Shown here: piece after piece, positions 35,986-47,620 of the stretch
Layout of the letters: each line of letters opens with the position of its first letter
Numbering within the stretch: position 1 is the stretch's first letter
Source: Selaginella moellendorffii
Taxonomy: Eukaryota; Plantae; Lycopodiophyta
Length of the DNA: 64,000 nt
Direction: 5' to 3'
Assembly: GCF_000143415.4 (NCBI RefSeq)
Contig: NW_003314376.1
Location: forward strand, 466,156 to 530,155
Translations under genes and position numbers: made by a program
Notes under the pieces: model-generated
Databases searched by the model: none
What the model saw: the letters and a program-made list of their open reading frames with translations, nothing else
What the model was told of the DNA's origin: nothing

Positions 35986-38900
35986 ATGGCTGGCACGAGC
36001 TTGTTTCGCGCAGCAACTACTCTCGACGCCACCTTGATGATTCTTGGAACCATTGCTGCTACCGCTAATGGCCTCGCGTTGCCGGCCATTCTCATTGTCG
36101 CAAGCCTTGTTTACGACCAATACGGGCGATCAGAATCATCACCTATGAAAACGCATCCCAAGGAATTCGTAAGTTTAATCTTTCCTTAAGACAAAGCTCG
36201 AATACTGACCAGGCTAGAGCTGGATCTTTGGCAACAGGCTCAGAGGTATCTCTCCATCGCCACTGCCGCAATGCTTGCTGCGTATCTCAGTGAGTTTCTC
36301 AGTATCGTATACTTCAAAGACGATCAATCTACCTGAGTTTTTGGCAGATGTGAGCTGCTGGAGTTGCACTGCCGACCGGCAAGTTCGAAAGCTTCGACTG
36401 ATGTATATGAGCTCGCTACTTAGCCAAAGCGTTGGCGATGTTGACAACTCTACTGCGAACGTGATAGACAACGTTACCAGCAATCTGGTGTTGGTCCAGA
36501 AAGCAATCGGAGAGAAGGTAACATCTCTACGCTTTTCTCTTCTTCACGGAATTGTTGCAGATCGGGAACATTATCTACAGCGTTGCATTTTTTCTTGGAG
36601 GCTACCTGGTAGCAGTAGTGTTGATATGGAGGATTTCTCTACTTCTGCTGCCTTGCACGCCGCTGCTCATATTACCGAGTGTTCTCTATGCAAGGATTGT
36701 GCGAAAGTGCTCCCAGAAGAGATTATCTTCCCAGAAAGAAGGTGGAACAATAGTCAAGCAGGCAATCTCCAACATAAGAGTGGCGTACGCTTTTACCAGC
36801 GAGAAGAGAACACTGCAGATGTATTCCAGCTCTCTGGAGAAAGTGGCCGAGATCGAGAGAGTAGAAAGCCTGGCAAAAGGAGTGACTGTAGGCCTCAACG
36901 GTATCTCGTTGATGATCTGGGCTCTTTTGATGTGGTACGGGAGCAAGCTGGTTGCTGAAAACCATGGTACTGGAGCTCAAATTCTTGTTGTCGGGGTTGG
37001 TTTTATAATCTCCTCCGCGTAAGTTTTGACGTCTATTCTCTCCCATGACGTTCGCGTTGAGCGTGATGCAGGCAGCTTCAAACTGCAATAAGCGACAGCA
37101 AAGGACTTATTGAGGGCCAAAACGCGATGAAAGACATTCTTCAAGCCATAGAACGCTCACCTTTCAAGCAATGCCAAGGACGGGCGGGACTGGAGCTTAG
37201 AACTGTTGAAGGTCACATAGCCTTCAAAAGTGTCAGCTTCTCATATCCATCCAGGCCCACGCAGCTCGCGCTTGAAGTCCTCACGCTAGATATTCCAGCT
37301 GGTAAGCGGCTGGAATTCCCTCATCTTCAATCTGCATGAAAAACATTGCAGGTAAGGTTACCGCTCTTGTGGGAAGAAGCGGATCGGGAAAGTCTACAGT
37401 CATTGCGCTCCTAGAGCGATTTTATCATCCAACCGCAGGTGAAATCACTCTGGATGGTGTGTGCATCAGAAGTCTTGACTTAAACTGGTGGAGGTGTCGG
37501 ATTGGACTGGTAAGCCAGGAGCCTACACTGTTATCCTCTTCCATCAGGCAAAACATTCTATATGGAAACGAGAGAGCCAGTATGGCAGACATTATTGCTG
37601 CTGCGAAGCTAGCCGATGCACACGACTTCATCCAAAGACTACCTAATGGATACGACACGCAGGTATGTTGTGATCGACATCCACCTCACATGCAAGGCAA
37701 GACGTCTTGCAGGTTGGTGAACTGGGAATGCAAATCTCAGGGGGTCAGAAACAGCGTATTGCAATCGCACGAGCCATCGTGAGGAAACCACGCATCATGC
37801 TGCTAGACGAAGCTACGAGCGCACTCGACAACGAGTCCGAGAGAGTTGTCCAGGAAGCTCTAGACAACGCATGCAAGGACGTCACAACAGTAACAATCTC
37901 GCACAGGCTCAAGTCAATCCAAAATGCACACTACGTCGCTGTCATGGATGGTGGGAAGGTGCTCGAGGCAGGAAGACAGCAGGAATTGCTTTCCAGAAGG
38001 GATGGGATCTACGCAGGCATAGTAAAAAACGTGAACAGGAGCGATACAGACCTTGGCGTGCTGTATAACGGGTTCGAGCATCTGACATACGGAAAAAACA
38101 TTTCAGAAGGTACGGAGCAAGAAAAAAAAGCCGCACCTTCAAGCGTCAAAGGCACTCCTCCAGCACAAAAACAAGGGTGCTCGACTTTCCTGCAGATACT
38201 CAGTTTGAATAGCCCAGAGTGGAAACATGGATGCATGATAGTAGTCAGTGCGACACTGACCGGATTCATTACTCCAGCGAATGGCGTACTAAATGGAGTC
38301 ACAGTTGCAGCCTTCTACAGCCAAACCTCCCAGGAGCTGAAGCACACAGTGAGATTCGCATGCGGATTATATATCTTGGCCTCTGTGGCACTTTTCATCG
38401 CAAACTTCAACCTGCATTACCGAGCTGGAGTCACTGGAGCAGCACTAACGATGAGAATACGACGTGCAATGCTAGCTAAGATATTTCAGCAGGAGGTGGG
38501 ATGGTTTGAGAAGGATGGAAACTCAAGCGGACAAATCTACAACCGCCTAGGAAATGATGCGAAAATCGTGAGTGGCTGACTGACCTGCTTGCTTTGCAAC
38601 TTTTCTCACTGTTGTCCTGGTTGACAGGTCGGAGAACTCTTTTGGGACCGTGGCCAGTCGCTGGTACAGGTGATCACAACAGTTGTCTTTTGCATGAGCT
38701 TCAGCTTTTGCCTGTCGTGGAAGCTAGCAGTTGTCGCCTCCGTCCCTCAACTTCTGATCGCCGGTGCTTTCTACGCCAGAAGCAGGAGCCTCATCGGACT
38801 GATGCGTCACATTGCTGCAGAGCACAAGAGAGTTAGTGATCTAGCCAATGATGCAGCCTCACAACAGAAAACAATCACGGCCTACTGCTTGCAAGACACG

Positions 38901-40023
38901 GTTTTAAAAGAAATCAAGGCCACCTCAGCGAGAACTCTGGCTGCATCTCAAGTTGCAGGGTTTCTCTACGGCTTCTGCTTCTTTGCACTCTACAACTTCT
39001 ATGCCCTCTGCATCTGGTATGGAGGAACACTACTGGTAGCAAGAAGAATAACCTTCCAGAATTTTGTGATCTGCTACAGCGCTCTGGTGTCCGCCGGGCG
39101 AGCACTAGCAGAGACCGCAGCAGCAACTCCAGCAGTGGCTCATGGCTTGACAGCAAAAGCATCGGTCCTCGAGATACTCAACAAGAAAACAACAGTTTCC
39201 GACGTAGAAATGTCTGGAAACGAAGACAACATGCGAGGCGAGGTGGAGTTTCGCGACGTCAGCTTTACGTATCCCTCGAGCATGGAAATACTGGTGTTAA
39301 AGAACTTCAGCATTAAAGTGGACGCAGGCCAGACTGCAGCATTGGTTGGAAGGAGCGGGACGGGAAAATCGACAGTCATAGCTCTGCTGGAGAGATTCTA
39401 CGAACCAATAGCAGGCACAATTCTCCTAGACGGCAAAGACATCAGGAGCATCCACGTTCACACGCTCAGGAAACAAATGGCACTGGTAAACCAGGAGCCA
39501 GCTTTGTTCGCGATGAGCATCAGAGACAACATAGCGTATGGCCTAGACAACGCGACGGACGCGGAGATCATCGAAGCAGCAAGCGTAGCAAACGCACACA
39601 CATTCATCAGGTACCAAAGAACTCTCCAAGAAAACTCTCTAAAGATGGATGCATGGCAGTGCTCTCCCGGAGGGATACGAAACAAATGCCGGCGAAGGAG
39701 GCGTCCTTCTCTCCGGAGGACAAAAGCAACGCATAGCAATCGCTCGAGCCGTGATAAAAAAGCCAGCGATTCTTCTCCTGGACGAAGCAACAAGCGCTCT
39801 CGACGGTGAGTCCGAGCGCACCGTCCAGCAAGCCCTGGACAAGATCGTGCACGGCAGCACGGCAAAGACGACGATCATCGTCGTCGCTCACAGGCTCTCG
39901 ACGATCCAACACGCAGATCTCATCGCAGTGATGGAGAATGGCGGGGTTTCGGAACAGGGCAAGCATCAAGAGCTCCTGGCCAAGAATGGCCGATATTTCG
40001 CTCTGATCCACTCTCAGCTCTAG
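35986..40023 (+). CDS. ABCB: Full-size ABCB (MDR/P-glycoprotein) transporter, 9 exons: 35986-36168, 36238-36289, 36348-36517, 36561-37018, 37072-37301, 37352-37662, 37713-38567, 38628-39610, 39660-40023
   Basis: TMD-NBD-TMD-NBD layout. Walker [10 protein letters not shown] and GRSGTGKST; signatures [14 protein letters not shown] and [14 protein letters not shown]; Walker [11 protein letters not shown]. All introns are GT-AG and keep the frame. Confidence 0.93.
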
Positions 40024-40183
40024 CAATCGAGGAGACGATCGATCCAGACGTACCTAGACATGCTAGCGCCTTGCCGCCTTGCCGCCTTGCCGCCTTGCCG
40101 CCATAAACCCTAAGTAGCTACATTGTGATAGAGATTGATACATATCATCGTTACTCGTTAGGGAGCTATATACTTCTTCCATT

Positions 40184-40623
40184 CTATCGAGCGTGAGGCT
40201 TCCAGCACGAAGACATCTCTTTGACATGCGACGAGTAGGGATCCTCGGGACCATTTGGAACGTCTCGATCTGGCTTGGCGACCACCGCCGGAGGATCATT
40301 CGATGATGGAGCGGTCTGGAAGTCTCTCCCGCCGCAGCCGCTCGTCCTGTGCTTCATCCGGTACTGCTCCGGATCGTCAGGGCCGGATGGAGTCTCTCTT
40401 TCGGGATTGGAAACCATCTTCCTCGACTGGACTGGTCCTGCACCAAGAGAGAACAGCCACACCCGTTAGTATCTCGGATCATCTCGAGAAAAAATCGAAT
40501 TTTTTTCTTCTTTTTTTGCTCTGGAACGAACGAACCTCCTCCAAGGCAGCGAGTCATGAGTGGAAAAAGCAGGAGGAGGATGATAGCCACAACACGGTGG
40601 CTGCTTTTGGCGGATGGAGTCAT
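40184..40623 (-). CDS. Secreted peptide precursor with two divergent CLE-like motifs, 113 aa; exons 40623-40536 and 40437-40184
   Basis: Exon 1 encodes a signal-peptide-like MTPSAKSSHRVVAIILLLLFPLMTRCLGG. A 98-nt phase-1 GT-AG intron with a CTAAC branch site follows. Exon 2 contains RKMV, RETPSGPDDPEQY and RDVPNGPEDPYSSH. Confidence 0.7.
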
Positions 40624-41239
40624 GGCTTTGGCAGTGATGATGGCCAAAGAAACAGCACAGGAGCTAGCTTAATGATTCGAAGCACAGCACAAGTTACACA
40701 GAGCAACGCATCATTCACACCTCCAAGCACAGCGTCACAGAGAAAAAAAAAAGTTAAAAAGAATCACAGAAAATGGAGGAGCAGAATCATACAACTCTAC
40801 ACTTAAAAACCACTCAACTCTCGTCCAACGATCGACAAAGATCTCTCTAGAACACAAGCAGACCTCAACAAAACGGCCCTTTGCCACTCCCACTCCACAA
40901 AGATCCCGCAAGAACACGCCGTATAAATACCCGAGCGACGATGAGACCTTTGCTCGAGGTACTAATCCGTGCTTGGTTTCTTCGTTTCTTCCTCTTTCGT
41001 GTCTTGTCTTGTCCATCTTTTTAACACACACTTACACACACACACACAGCGCACAAAGCCTTTTGTTTCCAATTCCAACACGGCCAGACAGACACACACA
41101 GAAAGATGGAACACAGCTTTTGCATTCATTCCTGATTTGAGAGCTCTCTCGTTTAACGCATGAGGGATGGATTTAACGGAACGAATTGGGCAATCAAAGC
41201 ACAGAATCGTTGGAAGAATAGAAGGAGTCACAGACAAAA

Positions 41240-41283
41240 TGGTGGCGGTGGTGGCGGTGGCGGCGGTGGCGGTGGCGGTGGCG
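41240..41283. repeat. (GGC/GGT)n trinucleotide repeat
   Basis: ggtggcggtggtggcggtggcggcggtggcggtggcggtggcg. Confidence 0.9.
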
Positions 41284-42174
41284 AAGTTTTGGTGGTGGCG
41301 AGCAACGTAGCAGCTTTCCAGGCAGACAAAACTTACAGGAAAGAAAAGCTCGCTCCTGCAGAGGAGACAAGCCTCCACAGATTCCAAATGATTCCTGCCC
41401 GGAGCTTGCGAGCCTGCTTGGCTTGGATACAAAAAATCCCACTCGCATCCCACTATAACAAAAAAAAAACCAGTAACGATCAAAGAAGAACATTTCATGG
41501 CTTGTGGAAAGCCTACAAAAGCAAGACAACCAACTTGTTTTTTTCTAATGTTGTGTCGTGTGGCTTCTTTTGGAGAATCAATGTCTCTCGTAGATTCTAC
41601 TGCGGAAACTCCTTGTTTAATCCCCGCAATGTTTTTCTGTGAGGCAATGGCATGGAATCTCTGGGGCGAGGAGATCGATGCGTGCTGTCTGTCTGCCTGT
41701 CTCTCTGTGTCGAGTTGCTTGCATTATGCTCGAGATCCATGGCGTTGCTCGCTGTGAATTCTTGCGAAGAACAAACCTTTGCTCCCGGACTTGTTGATGG
41801 GTGTTTCTATGATTTTCGTGGAAACACTAGTAAACAATGGGGAATTTGAAAGCACAATCCAAGGATTCCCTATGATTGAGCTCACGTTCCACCCGTCTTT
41901 ATCACTTGGACTGTTCAACAGCCAAAGTTTCTTCCATATTCCAAAGTTCTCTTGCATCTTTCTTGTCGATTTTTGGTACTGTAGAACTACCAACAATGTC
42001 GTGACATAAGCTGGTGCTATATTGTAATTTTTCAAAAGTCATTATATACATATTTCAGAAGTTCCAAAATTGATTTTTTCTTTTCTTTTTTTTCTTTCGA
42101 ATCTTCTTTTGCCTGGCATATTCCCAAAATGTAAAGGACGAGAAAAAAACGGAGAATGAAGCTCGTTTTTTTTT

Positions 42175-42768
42175 TCAGTTCAAATCGGGAATGAGCATGG
42201 ATGGAGGCGTCGACCTGTGATGTAAAGGATCAGGGCCCCCAGGAACATATCGATCCGGGTGGTCGATTTGATGAACTTCGCGAACTTCACTGGATCGATT
42301 CACATTCACAAGTTTGCGATCATCACCCCCGTGGTGATTCTCAATTGCTACCGCTGCTGCTGCTGCTGCTGCTGCTTGGTACTCGAGCATCTTTCTTCCC
42401 ACAAGCTGATTGCTCTCCGGGTGATCCCTGCGTGGTCGCGGTGGGATCCTCTGGCAAGAAGAACTCGTTAGAGTCTCCAAGAGAAGGAAGAAAACTTTCA
42501 AATGCTTTCACAAACCTGCTGGTGGCGGAATCGCGTCCGGAAATTTGGCACATTTCTTGGGAAAGAAACGCAGCCGGGACAGGGGCGTGTCACCGCCAGC
42601 AGCTTCCGAGCCGAGATCCCCCGAGAATCGAAATCTAGAAACCACCAAAAACCAATCAATCAAGCACGAGATGACCCAAAAGAGCACACCTGTAGTGACC
42701 AAGAGGTAGAAACAACACACGAAAGCCATCCAGAACAGAGCGCTGTGGATCATCGCAGCGCGCGACAT
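42175..42768 (-). CDS. CLE: CLE (CLV3/ESR-related) peptide precursor, 157 aa; exons 42768-42690, 42634-42516, 42450-42175
   Basis: Signal peptide MSRAAMIHSALFWMAFVCCFYLLVTT; two GT-AG introns (55 and 65 nt) keep the frame; ARKLL motif. Canonical 12-aa CLE motif RYVPGGPDPLHH at 42217-42252. Confidence 0.9.
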
Positions 42769-43892
42769 GGACGATCGATCCAGAAAAACCAGAAGAGGAA
42801 AAGGAATGATCGATCAAGAAAAACAGAGAAGCTCCAGTACTTTTGAGTCAGTCTTGGCCAGTCCACTCTCCCTTCTTCTTCTTCGACTTAACAAGCATGA
42901 CCAAATCTATGGAGCAATCTAACAGGCTTTATAGTAAAACACTGGAATTTGGGAACTCGTGACGAATACAAGGAAATAATTAAAATAAATACCCCAACTA
43001 ATTCACTTTAAAAGCCTTTTTTTTTCCTTTAAACTGAATGTAAGATTAGGAAGGAACTGATTACCGACCGATATAGTTGGTCTAGATTAGTTCGAGTCCT
43101 ATCAACCACACGCTCCAATCCATCATTCCAAGGGTTTTTAGTATTTCCAATTGCAGGGTGGCGGCAACTTAAGAGCCCTAAATCGGTGCATGCATGGTGG
43201 CGGTGACGAGACATTCCCTCATTTGGGGTGTGCGTGCCACCAGAGTTGATTTCCAAATGTGGCAACCCCCGGGTGCATCATTTGTACACTCCATGGTACA
43301 TGGAGTATTTTTACTATGTCCAAGGTTCACACATTCCAGGCTTTAATAGCTTGGGTGCTAATATGATGGCCGCGAATATGTGTCCGGCCGTAAAGGAATA
43401 ATTTCCATATCCGAAAATATCAATCCTATTACGCCTCATCATTTCCGTCCCTGGAATAATCACCCTTGATCACGGGAAGAAGAATCGGAGAATTTCTCGT
43501 TAGTCTTGCTCTGATACAAAGCTGCCAAGGCATAAAAGAATCCAATCAATCAGTTCTCTCAGAGAAAAGCTCTCGAGTCTCTCTCGCGCGCACAAATACG
43601 TACCTGTCGATTCTTTGGAACGGTGAAAACTTATCTGATTGTTGTTCTTTATTGAGTAGCGTTCTTGAACAAAAGTACTTCACTCTATTGTCCGGTGAGT
43701 TGCCCTTTGACGTAAGCATGATCAACTCTAAAGCACGAATCTTTCCATAAAGAAGGGATATAAATCATCACAGATGTGAGTGAGAGAGAGAGAGAGAGAG
43801 AGATATTCCAAATGTTTAAGCTTTCTGTGTGCTCAACAGCTAAGGATGGATTAGTATCAATACTTACAGTTTCTGGAACACGATACTGGTTA

Positions 43893-44900
43893 GGAAACCT
43901 TGTTTGGCGTCTACTCTCTTTGATCGCTTCCCGGAAAGGAATGTGATCTCCTGGACGACGATGCTCGCAGCGTATGCCATATTGACAAAACTCGCGAGAT
44001 CTTCAATTCAATGCCGGGTCAGTCATGGAACTCCATGATATCGGCTTACGGAAAGCCAAGTCTAGATCGTAGGCGCTTTTGGGTTGGATGCACGGAACGC
44101 GATCTCAGATCGGCCATGGAGCTCTATCACTTGATGCCGGCATATGATCTTGTGTCGTGGACTGCAATGCTCTCATGGCGTGCTCTTGCCGGGGAATGCG
44201 ATGCTGTCTGCCTAATCTTCGCCACTTGAACGGGTCGATTCCATGCCAGAAGCATTGTTTCCTGGGGGGCGATGATTGAAAGCCATGAATTTTTTTAAAG
44301 ATTCTATGCGAGATTCTATGGCGTGGCCTCCAATGCTTACAGCATATGCCCGGTTTGGGCATCTTCAAGTGGCAAAGATCATTTTTGATGTTTTGCATGA
44401 GAAGGGACGCAATGCAATGCTGGAAGCGTACTCAAATAACGAACGTGTTGGCGAGGCCGAGGAATTATTTTTTGTGGGTTTGCTCGTACACACCTTTCTT
44501 GGTTGCAGCATATGCCCTATATGGGTACGATGCCGCAGCGAGATGTTCGATGCTTGCTCGTAACGGCTACCATAAACTCTAGGAGATAATGCAGCAGCCT
44601 GTTGAGTCGAGCTTTGCTTCCGTGCTGAATGCTTGCAGCCACGCCAGGAATGTAGAGGGTGGCATGACTCTGGATTACGGATTTATCCCCACGAACCAGC
44701 AGTATGGGCCTACGTTGGAGGTACCAAGAATGCTTTCGTTCCGGGTGGAAGTGATCCGGCGAAGCTCGTGTTTCTTCCTTTGCGATCGCCCCGGGGAGTT
44801 CACCATATTCCCTGCTTGCAAACGCGTTCTCGATCACATAGACGAATCCCTCGATTTTGTGTTCTTTGAGCACGCACTGAAGCGTCCTCCACGACACGAC
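43893..44900 (+). pseudogene. Inverted, deletion-riddled copy of PPR gene 31104-32837
   Basis: FDRFPERNVISWTTMLAAYA, DLRSAMELYHLMPAYDLVSWTAMLSW, NAMLEAYSNN and LDYGFIPTNQQYG appear in shifting frames. Confidence 0.9.
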
Positions 44901-45334
44901 GTGTATATATAAGTGTGTATTTATATGGTTGTAACATCTATATAGTCTGCCTTTCCTTTGTTTACAGCATCAATCTTTGACCTTTCTATATAGCTGTATG
45001 TACTAAGGCGAGCTCAATATTGAGAGGAATACAGCTTCTGCGAACTCCAGGAGACTTTCAAATGTGGCAGAACTCCCTTTTGCAAACTTTTTCTGACCGT
45101 GAAAAATTCTCTTCCTCTTGTGAGGACGTGATGATCACAGCCTACACTGAATCACGCGGTGGAGCATGGATAACTTTCATCTATGGAATCAGAATCCAAA
45201 TATCCCACAGAGTCGGTATCTGCATCTGAATATTCTAGAAAATGGAATCGGCTGCCATATTCGTCAAGGAAGAACGATATATATCAATCTCTAGGCCTAG
45301 ACTCCATCACAATGTTATTTAGGATTTATGGCGG

Positions 45335-46015
45335 CACTGCGGCAAGGCGCTAGCAACCCTAGTTACGTTTTCCTCCTCGATTGCTAGAGCTGAGAGTGGA
45401 TCGGAGCGAAGTATCAGCCATTGGGCAGTAGCTCTTGTGACTGCGATGAGATCTCCGGCCGGATCGTCAACAACGATTGTCGTCCAGGGCTTGCGAGACG
45501 GCGGACTCGGACTCACCATCGAGAGCTTGTTGAGAAGAATCGTGGCTTTTTTTATCACTGCTCAAGAGCTTGCTTTTATCCTCTCGAGAGAAGGATGGCC
45601 CCCTTCGCCAGCATTTGTTTCGTATCCCTCTGGTAAAGCACTGCCATGCATCCTTCTTTCTTTGTTACCTGATAAATGTGCGTTTGCCTTGTCTTCCATA
45701 CGATCTCTCATGCTCATTGCAAACAAAGCTGGTTCCTGGTTTACCAGTGCCATTTGTTTCCTGAGCGCATTTCCATGCTCGAGAGATACGCAAAGCTGAC
45801 GTTGCAAAACTCCACCTCGCCTCACATGTCTTCGTTTCCAGACATTTCTATGTCTAAAACTGCAGTTTTCTTCTTGAGTATCTTGAGGACCGATGCTTTT
45901 GCTGTCAAGCCATGAGCCACTGCTGGGGTTGCTGCTGTGGTCAGTGCTCACTCCACAGACACCAGAACGCTGTAGCAGATAAAAAAAATGCTAAAAGGTT
46001 ATTCTTCTTGCTACC
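45335..46015 (-). pseudogene. Inverted, deleted copy of the ABCB 3' end (~39045-40080), intron retained
   Basis: Reads [33 protein letters not shown] and IKKATILL. The shortened last intron ending ggatgcatggcag is present. Confidence 0.9.
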
Positions 46016-46639
46016 CATAGAAGTTCTAGAGTGCAAAGCTGTACATGGGCTCCTTTGAATTTTTTTTATAATATGTTTTATAATTATTTTTATATAAGAA
46101 TATATACTATTATTTTTTTTGGGTTTGTTTTAATCCAAAAGGAGATGGAATGGTTAATGCTTCAAATCCAAATATGAGTGGCATTATCTACTTAGATATT
46201 TTGTATCACTTATTGAAACTTTACTCTAATCATGTGGCTAGGGTACTTTAGTGATGGAAGGTCATGAGACTTGTGTTGGTTGCTGTGTTTTGAAATGTTA
46301 TTTTAAAATCCTTAATAGTGGAAAGAAAAAAAATGGTCCTTTTACTTGGTAATGGGTATAGTGATAGTGGAAAGAAGAAGGATGGTCCTTTTACTTGGTA
46401 ATAAGTATTGGTGATTAATGGAATTTAGTGGATGGGCCTTTAAGCCCTAACTCAATATAAACACTATTGTGAATAAAGAAAGACTTGGTGGGGATCAAAA
46501 AAGAAGTATTAAAGAATGGTGTTCACCTATATCTTAGGACATCATAAGAGTGGTTATAAAATGACCACACCTAAAATGGATGGTTTGGTTCTGGAGAGAC
46601 AAGTTTGTTATATGGGTGGTTTTATATTACTAATGAGAT

Positions 46640-47620
46640 AATGAGAATAAATAAAGCTTTAGCATAAAAGGTTGGGATATTAGTAATACCTTTGGGTGTT
46701 TGCAACTAGATTTGGACATATAAAACACTTCGACCAAGTGCAAATGTAATGTGGCCTTTGGGACTTAGCAAGTACCTTAAGATAGAATGAGAACTTATGA
46801 AGGTTATAAGTGAAACTCCTCTAAATGGATGAAAATGTAGTTAAGTGACTAAGGTAAAATAAAAATTTAATCACTTACATAATGTTGATATTCTTTCTTA
46901 AGATCTTTTTTTTTCTTCTCTCTTTTCTCTTGTTTCTAAAGGGCCTATTGTTTCACCATCAGTAGATTTTTTGGATGAGAATTTTGTACCATTAATGGTT
47001 ACCATATTTGATGCTAATAACAATAAGATGTAAAGTTGGATTTACCTTCTTTAAATGAATGAGCTATAGATCAAAAACTTCTTAATGAGTTTAACAATTT
47101 TGCATCACTTTTTAATAACTTGTCATTTTGGCATTTACATTCTTAATATCTCCTTAAGAACAACTTTTTTTTTTACTTTATGGAGATTAATTCTAATGAC
47201 CATTTACAATTAGTAATATTTTTAATCTTTATTCCACACTTCCTCCATATTTACTATAACTCCTATTTTAGGTAGGTATATAGGATATTGTCATATGACT
47301 GAAAAGTTATGCAAGTCTTTCTATAGGCTAGAAATATGATATAATATCATTTAATATGTGCATAGTTGCATTCAGTGCTAAGTTTGTAAAACTTTCCTTT
47401 GTATTGCGGAAGAATAATTGAAGTCAATTGTAGTTTTCCATTTATTTGAGATGGTGGGGTTTGATCTTTTCAATAGTTGACTATTAACAATGAGTATGCC
47501 ATTATTATTTTTAACTGCTTAACTTAATAGTTTTACTAGTGTGTTTGGGAATGCTATAAGATATTTCTTCCTCAATTGAAATATGGTGTTTTAACATATA
47601 ATTTTCACCCTTTACTTTAT
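46640..47620 (+). mobile_element. Degenerate gypsy-family remnant, inverted relative of the 16.6-19.3 kb debris
   Basis: 46660-46880 matches the reverse complement of 19030-19340. 47200-47330 (ggatattgtcat.tga.t.a.aa.ttatg.a..tctttt/ctat) matches the reverse complement of 16905-17040. Confidence 0.6.

Noticed and set aside
40962-41760. ORFs around the GGC/GGT repeat between the two CLE-type genes (poly-Gly, poly-His, poly-TA or poly-Pro depending on frame; MKCSSLIVTGFFFVIVG looks signal-like)
   Set aside because: I could not build a consistent spliced model or find a peptide motif. The ORFs are explained by a stop-free trinucleotide repeat; it remains a weak candidate for a decayed fourth paralogue.
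42341-42553. Alternative single-exon CLE model requiring a frameshift after MCQISGRDSATSRFVKA
   Set aside because: The three-exon GT-AG model gives a better signal peptide and needs no frameshift.
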